Below, piece after piece: positions 18,959-27,866 of a stretch of DNA of 47,257 nt. The stretch covers positions 1 to 47,257 of the forward strand of contig JBKJVD010000043.1 in the NCBI GenBank assembly GCA_046590585.1, read 5' to 3'. Position numbers and translations under genes: made by a program. How positions within the stretch are numbered: the first letter of the stretch is position 1; each line of letters starts with the position of its first letter. Below the pieces are notes generated by a model. It had not been told where the DNA came from. It did not search any database and worked only from the letters and a program-made list of their open reading frames with translations. The DNA comes from Thermoanaerobaculia bacterium. Lineage in GTDB: Bacteria > Acidobacteriota > Thermoanaerobaculia > Gp7-AA8.

Positions 18959-20005
18959 TCACACGATGTAGTCGCGCCGGACCCGCCAGCGGTCGTTGAG
19001 CCGCTCGACGAAACTGGAGTTTCCGCTGGCCAGCCACTCAGTGAGGATGCCGGCGCTCACCTCATCCAGCGCATCGATGATGGTGAGGCTCGCGGCCTCT
19101 GCGATGCGTGAGACCGGCTTGTCGAGCGTAGCCACGAGGCGCGCCGATCGCGCGAGGGTCCCGGCCAGTTCGACTTCGTGGTCCATCGCCAGCATCCGGG
19201 TCGCAGTGATCGTGAGCAGGATGGCGGCATTCCAGTTCGTCTTCATCTCCCAGCCGGGAGGGAGGATGAAGTCGTCCATTCCGGCCTGATGCGTCAATGC
19301 AGCGAGGTGACGCTCGGATGCGACGTGAACGGCATCGAGGTCAGAGTGGAACAACGTCTCATACTGCTCGTCGTCCTCGTCGTCGCTCAGGCGCGAGCGT
19401 GCGATGGCTGCCTTCGCGTTCGGCTCGACCTCGAGAATTAGCGAGCCGACGAACGCGGCGCCGTGGCGGACCGCAAGGCTGACGAGTTCACGCAACGCGG
19501 CGAGTTCAGTCGTGATCGGGTAGAGCAGTGGTACCGCCAGCCCCCACACGCCGCCGCGTCCGGCCGCTTCCGCGCAGATCGCCTCGAGTCGCGGAGGATC
19601 GAGCGGCCACGCGACGATGGCGACCACACTGTCTGCAGGCAGTCGTGCCGGGATGGCGCCGCGCGTCGACGTGAGCAGGAGAGACGGAAGTTCATGCTCC
19701 CCCGCGTAGGCGAGCGTGTCGGCTCCCCGTCGAAAGACGAGTTCTGCCGACTCTGCGGCGTCAATCAGGAGCGGCGGCTGGAGCGGTTGCCTGAGTTCGA
19801 GGCGCTCCAGTTCCGCTGCGGGCGCGTCGGCAATGGAGGTCTCGACACGCTCCGCATGGGTGACACGAAGGTCGAGCAGGTCGATTGCGATCGGGGTGGC
19901 GCGTTTCGCGCCGTAGGGGGCAATCGAGGTGGCGCACCAGTACGGCGGAATCGGGACCGCGCTGCGGCGCACTCGGACAGATGAGCCTTTGCGATAGAGG
20001 ATCAA
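18959..20005 (-). CDS. Hypothetical protein resembling a degenerate SPL/Rv2578c-type radical SAM barrel with a C-terminal PolX 8-kDa HhH-like domain
   Basis: 348-aa ORF overlapping the ribE stop. Fold similarity was judged by eye, and no CxxxCxxC is present. Confidence 0.6.
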   Translation of the reverse strand: MILYRKGSSVRVRRSAVPIPPYWCATSIAPYGAKRATPIAIDLLDLRVTHAERVETSIADAPAAELERLELRQPLQPPLLIDAAESAELVFRRGADTLAYAGEHELPSLLLTSTRGAIPARLPADSVVAIVAWPLDPPRLEAICAEAAGRGGVWGLAVPLLYPITTELAALRELVSLAVRHGAAFVGSLILEVEPNAKAAIARSRLSDDEDDEQYETLFHSDLDAVHVASERHLAALTHQAGMDDFILPPGWEMKTNWNAAILLTITATRMLAMDHEVELAGTLARSARLVATLDKPVSRIAEAASLTIIDALDEVSAGILTEWLASGNSSFVERLNDRWRVRRDYIV

Positions 20006-20607
20006 CGGAAGTTTTTCGACAGATACGGAGCCACGAGATTGCGGACGTACTTGGCCATCATGTCGAACTCGAGGTTCACCGCGTCGCCGATCCTGGCGGT
20101 GCCGAGGTTGGTGCGTAGCAGCGTTTCCGGGATCAGGGCGGCGCCGAAGCTTTCGACGTCGGGATCGACGACGGTCAGAGACACGCCATCCACAGCGATC
20201 GAGCCTTTGCTGAGGATCAGGTCGGATGCATCACGAGGGCAGCTCCATCGATACACCGCGAACTCCCCTTCAGTCTGGATGGAAAGCAGACGACCTGTCG
20301 TATCGACGTGTCCCTGCACCATGTGGCCGCCGAGCCGGTCGCCGACTGCAAGCGCGCGTTCGATGTTGACGCGGGTTCCTGTACCGAGTGACCCGAGAGT
20401 GGTAACGCTGAGCGTCTCGTTCGACACGTCGGCGGCCAGCGATCCATCTTCCTGCGGCAGCACGGTAAGGCACACGCCATTCACGGCGACGCTCTCCCCT
20501 CGCTGATATCCTGCATCGATCGATGTTCGCAGCCGCAGGCGGGCGCCAGCGCTGAGCCGTTCGAACACCTCGATCGTGCCGTTGTCTAGAATGATTCCGG
20601 TAAACAT
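20002..20607 (-). CDS. ribE: Riboflavin synthase (alpha chain)
   Basis: N-terminal MFTGII, SVAVNGVCLTV, GGHMVQGHVD, KGSIAVDGVSLTV. Confidence 0.96.
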   Translation of the reverse strand: MFTGIILDNGTIEVFERLSAGARLRLRTSIDAGYQRGESVAVNGVCLTVLPQEDGSLAADVSNETLSVTTLGSLGTGTRVNIERALAVGDRLGGHMVQGHVDTTGRLLSIQTEGEFAVYRWSCPRDASDLILSKGSIAVDGVSLTVVDPDVESFGAALIPETLLRTNLGTARIGDAVNLEFDMMAKYVRNLVAPYLSKNFR

Positions 20608-20629
20608 GAATGGGCCTCGGCGCTGAAGA

Positions 20630-21691
20630 TCAGAGAGGATATGCCGTAAGCATCAGATCATCGCCGGCAAACTCGACGCGATCAAAACGGAAGCGGTGCG
20701 CGTCTGTCAACCGTTCTACAGCCGATCCCGCGTAGAGAGACGGTGCTTCTCCGCCGCCTACGATCATCGGCGCGATGAAGAGCGTGAGTTTCTGCCAGAG
20801 GGAAAGCAGCAGGAACTGTCCGATGACCTGCGACCCTCCTTCGACGAGGATCGACTGGATGCCGCGCTCGAATGCGGTGGCGAGAATGGTCTCGAGATCG
20901 GCGCGACCGCTCGTCTCGATGATCTCGAGTCCGGAGGACGTGGCGTAGCGATCGGGGTGGCGCGTGTAGAGCAGTGTCCTCCCACCATCGCAAAGCAACT
21001 GCGAATGCGGCGGGATGTCGCCGTCGCCATCGAGCACGATGCGTGTCCAGGGCGTGATGCTCGAGGCCAGTCCGAGGCGGCGGTTGAGCCTCGGGTTATC
21101 GGCGCGCACAGTTCCGCTTCCAATGAGGATGGCGTCGTACTCCTCTCGCAGCCGAAGGCTCTTCTCCCTGGCATCCTCCGACGTGATCCACTGGCTCTCG
21201 CGCGTGACCGTGGCCAGTTTCGCATCGAGGGTCATTCCCGCCTTGACGAGCACGAAAGGCCGGCGATGCGTGACCGCCCAGATGAACTTCTCGTTGAGTT
21301 GCCGGGCCTCGCCGTCGCAGAGCCCGACCTCCACGACGATGCCTGCGGCACGAAGCTGATCGATTCCACGTCCGTCGACCAGATCGTGGGGGTCGCGAAC
21401 CGAAACCACGACCCGTGACAGTCCGGCCGCGATGAGAGCTTCCGAGCAGGGGGGAGTGCGGCCCCGGTGAGCGCACGGCTCGAGCGTGACGTACATCGTT
21501 GCGCCCCGGGCGTCGCACTGCGCGAGAGCGGCGACTTCCGCGTGCGCCTGGCCCGCCCGTTCATGCCACCCTTCAGCGAGGATTGCGCCGTCGCGCACGA
21601 TGACGCATCCGACCATCGGGTTCGGGCTCACCGAGTAACGGCCGCGCCCCGCAAGTTCCAGCGCCTGGCGCATGTATAGCTCGTCGGTCAC
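20630..21691 (-). CDS. ribD: Bifunctional deaminase/reductase RibD
   Basis: PNPMVG, HAE, LEPC...TPPC, DNPRL, LVEGG. Confidence 0.96.
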   Translation of the reverse strand: MTDELYMRQALELAGRGRYSVSPNPMVGCVIVRDGAILAEGWHERAGQAHAEVAALAQCDARGATMYVTLEPCAHRGRTPPCSEALIAAGLSRVVVSVRDPHDLVDGRGIDQLRAAGIVVEVGLCDGEARQLNEKFIWAVTHRRPFVLVKAGMTLDAKLATVTRESQWITSEDAREKSLRLREEYDAILIGSGTVRADNPRLNRRLGLASSITPWTRIVLDGDGDIPPHSQLLCDGGRTLLYTRHPDRYATSSGLEIIETSGRADLETILATAFERGIQSILVEGGSQVIGQFLLLSLWQKLTLFIAPMIVGGGEAPSLYAGSAVERLTDAHRFRFDRVEFAGDDLMLTAYPL

Positions 21692-21699
21692 GACGACAT

Positions 21700-22009
21700 T
21701 CTATTCAAATGAACCTTCAGGGGTTTCAGTGGGTGAAGCGAGGCTGGAAACTCGACTTGCATCCGGCGCGCGCGAAGGGTGCGTCGTACCGATGAAGCGA
21801 GGACGACCACGCCGAACCGGTGGCTCGCGGGCGTCCCCGCCCGTACTGGACGGCGCCCGGGCCGGCCAGTGCCCTGTTGCAAATCGCGGCGACGTTGGAT
21901 TGTGTCGCGTGAGATGCACGAGAGCAGTGCGCTGCGGCGCACGACGGGCGAGGACGCCCGCCAGCCTCTCAAACCCGCCTAAACACTGGGAGTTTCTTAG
22001 AAGTCGGCG
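21700..22009 (+). repeat. Composite palindromic intergenic element (REP/REPIN- or MITE-like)
   Basis: Inverted REP-like pair at 21822-21844 and 21944-21966, with imperfect outer inverted ends. Segments recur at 35254-35334, 44788-44825 and 47165-47204. Confidence 0.7.
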
Positions 22010-22047
22010 GAGGGCGCTCCAGCAGCTTCGTCGCGAGGAGCATGAGC

Positions 22048-22081
22048 AAAGAAAACGGGCCGAGGTTTTCCTCGGCCCGTT
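22048..22081 (-). terminator. Intrinsic terminator after the HtrA gene
   Basis: AACGGGCCGAGG-TTTT-CCTCGGCCCGTT with an A-rich left flank. Confidence 0.8.
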
Positions 22082-22103
22082 CGCTGCGATTCGTCGATTC
22101 TGC

Positions 22104-23633
22104 TTATGGAATCTGGATGACCCGATAGCCGGAGACCGAATTGCCGCCGTGTGCCGATGTCGTGACGTACACGCGGATGCGTTGACCGCTCTTGGCTCGT
22201 TCGAGGAACGCGCGCAGGTTGTCGGCCGTCTCGATCCGCTGGCCCTGGACCTCGCTGATGACGTCGCCAGTGGCCAGGCCTGCTTCCGCTGCCGGCGAGA
22301 CCCGCTTCACGTCCGTGACGACGACGCCCTGGGCGTCGTCGCGAAGGCTGTACATGCGCCGCACCTGGGGCGATAGATCCTGCACCGAGATGCCGAGCTT
22401 GTTCATCGCCGGCGCGGCGGCCTCGCTGCTGGCCTTCGCTGCTTCCTCGCCACCGTTCGGACGCTCGGCCGTCTTCGCGGTCAGCGTCTGGCGCTTGCCG
22501 TCACGGATGATGACCACTTTCACGTTCGTGCCGACCGGGAGGTAGGAGATGTAGTCGATGAGGTCGCGGTTGGTGTTCACCTTGCGGCCATCAATCTCGA
22601 CGATGACGTCGCCGTGGCGGATGCCCGCCTTGTCGGCCGGTTTGCCACCCTCGACGTTCTGGACCAGCGCGCCACGCGCTTCGGACAGTCCGAAGGCATC
22701 ACGAAGGTCCTCGGTCACTTCCTGAATGGCCATGCCGAGGTAACTGCGTGTGACCTTGCCGCCCTTGAGCTGTGGGATCAGGAGTTTGGCGGTATTGATC
22801 GGAATGGCGAAACCGAGGTTCTGCGCTCCGCCGCGGATGGCCGTGTTGATGCCGACCACCTCACCGCGGATATTCACGAGAGGGCCGCCCGAGTTGCCGA
22901 GATTAATCGCCGCGTCGGTCTGGATGAAATTGTCGAACGAACGGCTTTCGCCGTCCACATTGATCGAGCGTCCCTTCGCGGAGATGACGCCAACCGTGAG
23001 TGTGTTCTCGAGGTTGAACGGGTTGCCCATGGCGATCGCCCAGTCGCCGCGACGGATGCGGTCGGAGTCGCCGAGCGACAGCACCGGAAGCGGCCCGTCG
23101 ACATCAATCTTGAGAAGGGCGAGGTCGGTGGCCGCGTCGTGGCCGATGATTTTCGCTGCAACCGTGCGCCCGCCCGAGCCGTTTTCGTCCGCCCCGAAAT
23201 GAACCTCGACTTTCGAGGCGCCCTCGATGACGTGATTGTTGGTGAGGATGTAGCCGTCCTGGGAAACGATGAACCCGGAACCTCCGCCTCGCTGCGGTAT
23301 GCCGTCGTCATCGTCGTTGCGGCGAGGGGCACTGTTGGGATCGGGGATGAGGTCGAACGGATCGAAGCCGAATCGCCGCCGCATGTCGCTGCCTTTGACG
23401 ATTTCGGTCGTGCTGACCGACACGACGGCCGGCATGGCTCGCGCGGCGAGATCGGCGAACGAGGGAATCGTGACCGCGGTGATCGCTCCTTGCGGGGTCT
23501 GGATCATCGGGCTGGAGGTCTGGGCGTGAGAGCTGCGGAGCAGGCCGAGGTCGGCGCTGACGAGCACTCCGAACGCCACTGAAGCGATGACGATCGCAAT
23601 CGTCGAAAGAATGCGTTTAGTGAACTGACTCAT
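22104..23633 (-). CDS. Do/DegP (HtrA) family serine protease with two PDZ domains
   Basis: TNNHVI, TDLALLK, QTDAAINLGNSGGPL triad motifs and two PDZ domains. GAGGAG RBS before ATG 23633. Confidence 0.95.
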   Translation of the reverse strand: MSQFTKRILSTIAIVIASVAFGVLVSADLGLLRSSHAQTSSPMIQTPQGAITAVTIPSFADLAARAMPAVVSVSTTEIVKGSDMRRRFGFDPFDLIPDPNSAPRRNDDDDGIPQRGGGSGFIVSQDGYILTNNHVIEGASKVEVHFGADENGSGGRTVAAKIIGHDAATDLALLKIDVDGPLPVLSLGDSDRIRRGDWAIAMGNPFNLENTLTVGVISAKGRSINVDGESRSFDNFIQTDAAINLGNSGGPLVNIRGEVVGINTAIRGGAQNLGFAIPINTAKLLIPQLKGGKVTRSYLGMAIQEVTEDLRDAFGLSEARGALVQNVEGGKPADKAGIRHGDVIVEIDGRKVNTNRDLIDYISYLPVGTNVKVVIIRDGKRQTLTAKTAERPNGGEEAAKASSEAAAPAMNKLGISVQDLSPQVRRMYSLRDDAQGVVVTDVKRVSPAAEAGLATGDVISEVQGQRIETADNLRAFLERAKSGQRIRVYVTTSAHGGNSVSGYRVIQIP

Positions 23634-23877
23634 ACCGTGGAAGCTCCTCATGTTCGTTGGGTGCGGATAACGGGGCGACGCCTTCATGCTGGCCCATTCT
23701 CGTCGGCGTGCGTGGAAAGCGCCAGCGGAGCAGGGCCGCCTGCTATTTCTGACGGGGCGACAGTTCCGAGGGTTCCATCACGAATCTGTTACGGCGTGAG
23801 GGGTGAGGTACGAGGGGAGTCCAGCGACTTCGCAGGAGGCCGCGGGTTTCTGCAGCCGCGAACAGCGGGGCCATCGC

Positions 23878-23903
23878 AAAAAACCCCGCTTGCGCGGGGT
23901 TTT
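23878..23903 (-). terminator. Intrinsic (possibly bidirectional) terminator
   Basis: AAAAAACCCCGC-TTGC-GCGGGGTTTT. Confidence 0.85.
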
Positions 23904-23931
23904 GGTGACAGTGGAAAACTCAGACGAAGCG

Positions 23932-24183
23932 TCAGACAGCTCGTCTGCCGACGATGAGGCGGTAAACGAAAAGCAGTAGGATCGCGCCGATGATCGAGCC
24001 GATCCAGCCAGCAGCCTGTCCTGACCCGCCCATCAGGGTCTTGGCGAGGAATCCGCCGATGAAAGAGCCGGCAATGCCGAGGAGAATCGTGACGATCCAA
24101 CCACCTGGGTCACGTCCCGGCATCAGGAACTTGGCGATCGCACCGACGATCAGACCGAACAGAAGCCATCCGATGAATTCCAT
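23932..24183 (-). CDS. GlsB/YeaQ/YmgE (transglycosylase-associated) stress membrane protein
   Basis: [35 protein letters not shown]...[17 protein letters not shown]. Confidence 0.92.
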   Translation of the reverse strand: MEFIGWLLFGLIVGAIAKFLMPGRDPGGWIVTILLGIAGSFIGGFLAKTLMGGSGQAAGWIGSIIGAILLLFVYRLIVGRRAV

Positions 24184-24230
24184 GTAATTCCTCCAAATTG
24201 AGCAGCTTTGAAGCTGACGGACACGTATAG

Positions 24231-24247
24231 AGCAACGGCGGTGCCAG
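24231..24247 (-). promoter_or_regulatory. sigma54 -24/-12 promoter
   Basis: Minus strand CTGGCAC-CGCCG-TTGCT matches TGGCAC-N5-TTGC. Confidence 0.7.
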
Positions 24248-24296
24248 AGTCGTGACAGTTCGGGAGGAGAGGGCCAGGGATGGATACGAATCCGTT

Positions 24297-24487
24297 GAAG
24301 GCAGAAGGCAGAAGGCAGAAGGCAGAAACTAGAAACTGGAAACTAGAAACCAGAAGGAGGGCAGGGAGAGGGTCATGATCGGACCAAACCCGGAAAGGTC
24401 CTCACTTCTGCCTGACAGCCGTTGGTGGGTCAGAAACCCGCACTCTGGTTTTCTGCCTTCTGCCTTCTGCCTTCTGGTTTCCGGTTT
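24297..24487. repeat. Inverted heptamer-repeat element A
   Basis: Left arm (GAAGGCA)4 plus (GAAACYR)4 at 24297-24352. Right arm (TGCCTTC)3 plus TGGTTTC at 24444-24487. Confidence 0.9.
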
Positions 24488-24512
24488 GCCGTCAATGCAG
24501 TAACCTCCCCCC

Positions 24513-25580
24513 ATGAGTGTGAGACGGATTGGAATCCTGACCGGCGGGGGTGATTGTCCCGGCCTGAACGCCGTGATTCGTGCGGTGGTGAAGACGGCCA
24601 CGCACGATTACGGGATGGAAGTGTTGGGGATCCAGCTCGGATTCGAAGGACTGATGACGCAGGCGGTTCTGCCGCTCACCCCGGAATCGATCCGCGGGAT
24701 TCTCCCCAAGGGCGGAACGCTCCTTCGAACCACGAACAAAGGAAATCCCTTCGAATATCTGCTCGACGGCACCATCACCGATTGCTCCGATCAGGTGCTC
24801 GCCAATGTCCACAAGCTCGGGATCGACGGCATCGTCGCCATCGGCGGCGACGGCACGCTGAAAATTGCGCAGCGCCTGTACGAAAAGGGAGTGCCGATGG
24901 TGGCGGTCCCGAAGACGATCGACAACGATCTCGCGGCCACCGATTACACCTTCGGATTCATGACGTCCGTCGCCATTGCCACTGACGCGGTCGATCGCCT
25001 CCACACGACTGCGGAGAGTCATGACCGGGTCATGATCCTCGAGGTCATGGGTCGCAATGCCGGTTGGATCGCCCTCTACTCGGGCATCGCTGGTGGCGCC
25101 GACATCATCCTGCTTCCCGAGATCCCGTATCGTCCCGAAGCGATCATCCAATCCATCGGCGAGCGCCAGAGCGAAGGGTCGAAGTTCGACATCATCGTGG
25201 TCGCCGAAGGGGCCAAGCGCGAAGGGGGCGAGGAGAGTTACCTCGACACCGCGAAGCGGCGGCTGGGCGGAATCGCTTACCAGGTTGCGGCTGACATTGC
25301 CGAGAAGATTGATTTCGAGATCCGCGTCACCGTCCTCGGCCACGTGCAGAGAGGAGGTTCGCCGATCTCGTTCGATCGCGTGCTCGCCACACGCTACGGC
25401 AAGGCAGCGGCCGATCTCGTCGGGCGCGGCGAGTGGGGACAGATGGTCGCGCTCAAGGGTGACACCATCACCTCCGTCGCCATCAAGGACGCGATCTCCA
25501 AGCTCAAGAACGTCGACCCCGATGGAGAACTGGTGCAGATGGCCCGGAGCGTCGGGATCTCGTTTGGAGACGGCAGGTGA
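24513..25580 (+). CDS. pfkA: 6-phosphofructokinase (PfkA family, group III-like)
   Basis: GGGDCPGLNAVIR, GGDGT, PKTIDND, EVMGR, LGHVQRGG. Confidence 0.95.
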   Translation: MSVRRIGILTGGGDCPGLNAVIRAVVKTATHDYGMEVLGIQLGFEGLMTQAVLPLTPESIRGILPKGGTLLRTTNKGNPFEYLLDGTITDCSDQVLANVHKLGIDGIVAIGGDGTLKIAQRLYEKGVPMVAVPKTIDNDLAATDYTFGFMTSVAIATDAVDRLHTTAESHDRVMILEVMGRNAGWIALYSGIAGGADIILLPEIPYRPEAIIQSIGERQSEGSKFDIIVVAEGAKREGGEESYLDTAKRRLGGIAYQVAADIAEKIDFEIRVTVLGHVQRGGSPISFDRVLATRYGKAAADLVGRGEWGQMVALKGDTITSVAIKDAISKLKNVDPDGELVQMARSVGISFGDGR

Positions 25581-25583
25581 CGT

Positions 25584-25861
25584 AAGTCAGAAGTCAGAAG
25601 GCAGAAGGCAGAAGGCAGAAGGCAGAAGGCAGAAGGCAGAAGGCAGAAGGCAGAAAATAGAAAATAGAAAATAGAAAATAGAAAATAGAACCAGAAAGCA
25701 GAAGGCAGAAACCAGAAGCTAGACCAGAAGGCAGGGTTGATCACTAAAGAGAAAAGAGAGTTGTTTCTTTAGGAACGAGGGAATGGAGCGAAAGGGTGAT
25801 GTCATTCCCTTCTGCCTTCTGCCTTCTGCCTTCTGCCTTCTGCCTTCTGCCTTCTGCCTTC
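25584..25861. repeat. Inverted heptamer-repeat element B
   Basis: (AAGTCAG)2(AAGGCAG)8(AAAATAG)5 plus variants at 25584-25734. (CCTTCTG)7 at 25808-25861. Confidence 0.95.
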
Positions 25862-25898
25862 AGATCTTTGACGCGAGCATTTCATTCACGGGGGAGTC

Positions 25899-26699
25899 AT
25901 GACCGACTGTCTGGTCGATTATCGAGTTGAGAAAGGCGTGGCGATCTTGGAGTTGAATGATCCGCCGGCCAACGCCTACACCTACGAAATGAACCGTCAG
26001 CTCGACGAGCTGATTCTCAGGGCGCGCATGGATGAGGAAGTCCATGTCATCGTTCTCCGGGGTGCAGGCGAGAAGTTTTTTTCCGCGGGAGCGAACCTTC
26101 AGATGCTCGCGGAGGTCACGCCTCAGTTCAAGTACTACTTCTGCCTGCACGCCAACGAGATGCTGCTGCGCTTCGAGCAGACTCCCAAGCTCGTGATTGC
26201 GGCCCTGAACGGCCACACGGTTGGCGGAGGGCTGGAGATCGCCATGGCCGCCGACATCCGGATCGCGCTCGAAGGGGGCGGGAAGATCGGGCTTCCTGAA
26301 GTGAAACTGGGCGTACTCCCGGGCACCGGTGGAACGCAGCGGCTGGCTCGCCTCATCGGAAAGGCGAAGGCCATCGAATTGATGGTCGAAGGAGGCCTCT
26401 TCACGTTCGAACGCGCCCAGGAGCTCGGGATCGTGAATTACGTCTGGCCAGCGGAAGAGAACGGCCGGACCTGGTGGGATCGCGTGATGGAGTACGCGGC
26501 CGGTTTCTGTCCTCCCCATCGCGCCTCACGCGCGGTCGGTTTCATCAAACGCTCGGTGCAGAGTGGCTGGGAAGTGCCGCTTGAGTCGGCGCTCGCGCTC
26601 GAGCGTGAATTGCAGCAGCAGCTTTTCCAGAGTGAGGACGCGAAGGAAGGGGTGGCGGCGTCCAATGAGAAACGAGCTCCCGCGTTCTCCGGCAAGTGA
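25899..26699 (+). CDS. Enoyl-CoA hydratase/isomerase family protein
   Basis: FFSAGANL, IAALNGHTVGGGLEIAMAADIR, GLPEVKLGVLPGTGGTQRL (both catalytic Glu present). Confidence 0.93.
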   Translation: MTDCLVDYRVEKGVAILELNDPPANAYTYEMNRQLDELILRARMDEEVHVIVLRGAGEKFFSAGANLQMLAEVTPQFKYYFCLHANEMLLRFEQTPKLVIAALNGHTVGGGLEIAMAADIRIALEGGGKIGLPEVKLGVLPGTGGTQRLARLIGKAKAIELMVEGGLFTFERAQELGIVNYVWPAEENGRTWWDRVMEYAAGFCPPHRASRAVGFIKRSVQSGWEVPLESALALERELQQQLFQSEDAKEGVAASNEKRAPAFSGK

Positions 26700-26726
26700 G
26701 CCGCATCTACAACCCCGAGGGAATCC

Positions 26727-27863
26727 ATGCGCTATCGCAAACTGCACGACACTAAGATCGAAATTTCTGAACTGGGAATGGGCACCTGGACGCTGACCAC
26801 AGGATGGTGGGGCGAGTACACGGATGACGAAGCCCGGCGCATCATGGCGGCGGCGCTCGATCGCGGGATCAACTACATCGACACGGCAGATGCCTACGGC
26901 AACGGCAGGGGTGAGACGGTCCTGCAGCCGCTGCTGGCCGGCCGCAACGACATTCATGTCGGCACCAAGTTCGGCTACGACTTCTACAACAATCCGGTCC
27001 GGCCGCGAGGCCAGCGGGAGCTGCCGCAGGACATGACGCCGAAGTTCATTCGCTTCGCGTGCGAACAGTCACTGCAGCGCCTCGGCACCGAGACGATCGC
27101 CATCTATCAGCCGCACAATCCCCGCATCGACACCCTGATGACCGACGAACACTGGGAAACGCTGGAACGACTCAGGTCGGAAGGAAAGATCCTGACGTAC
27201 GGCCCTTCCTACGGCCCGGCCATCGGCTGGCGCGACGAAGGCATCTATTCGTCATCGGTGCGCAAGGCGCCGGTCTCGCAGATGATTTACAACATGCTCG
27301 AGCAGGATCCGGGACGTGAGTTCATTCTCGCGGCCGACCTCGCGATGCGCGGCGAGTCGTACCCCGCGGCGGATGACGCGATGCGGGCAGAGACGGGCAA
27401 GAAAGTCTGCGAGCCTACGTCTCACTTCGACTCCTCGTTTCGCGCCTGGCAGACTCCCTCACTCGAACAGGAAGGTCCGCAGTTCCTGATCCGGGTGACC
27501 CATTCCTCAGGCATGCTCGAGGGGCAGTACACGATCGACACGAAGTTTGACGCGAGCGATCATCGCTCGCACCGTTCGCGGGCCTGGCTCGTGGAAGGCA
27601 TCCAGAAGATCGAGCGCCTCGAGGCCTTGCGAGCAAAACGCGGCGTGACCATGGGGCAACTGGCGCTGCTGTGGCTCTACGCGCATCCGTCGATGCTCTC
27701 AGCGTTGCCGAACATCTACAACGAGCAGCAACTCGAAGAGTTCGTCGCGGCCTCCGAGCATGAGCCGCTGACCGGCGAGGAAATGGAAACGGTCCACGAT
27801 CTGTACGTTCGCAACTTCGATGTCGTTCCCTACGTGGAAAGCGAAGCAGTCGCGGCGGAGTGA
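26727..27863 (+). CDS. Aldo/keto reductase
   Basis: SELGMGTW, IDTADAYGNG, TKFG, SLQRLGTE..IYQPH. Confidence 0.92.
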   Translation: MRYRKLHDTKIEISELGMGTWTLTTGWWGEYTDDEARRIMAAALDRGINYIDTADAYGNGRGETVLQPLLAGRNDIHVGTKFGYDFYNNPVRPRGQRELPQDMTPKFIRFACEQSLQRLGTETIAIYQPHNPRIDTLMTDEHWETLERLRSEGKILTYGPSYGPAIGWRDEGIYSSSVRKAPVSQMIYNMLEQDPGREFILAADLAMRGESYPAADDAMRAETGKKVCEPTSHFDSSFRAWQTPSLEQEGPQFLIRVTHSSGMLEGQYTIDTKFDASDHRSHRSRAWLVEGIQKIERLEALRAKRGVTMGQLALLWLYAHPSMLSALPNIYNEQQLEEFVAASEHEPLTGEEMETVHDLYVRNFDVVPYVESEAVAAE

Positions 27864-27866
27864 CCT

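Noticed and set aside
21692-22100. FMN riboswitch upstream of ribD
   Set aside because: No FMN aptamer consensus is visible. The region is occupied by a repeat element, and ribD looks leaderless.
25057-25744. ORFs with RQKAEGR / LLPSAFC repeats (also 24329-24601, 31364-31865)
   Set aside because: Translation artefacts of the heptamer arrays.
25584-25861. Possible CRISPR array
   Set aside because: Tandem 7-mers without repeat-spacer periodicity, and no cas genes.
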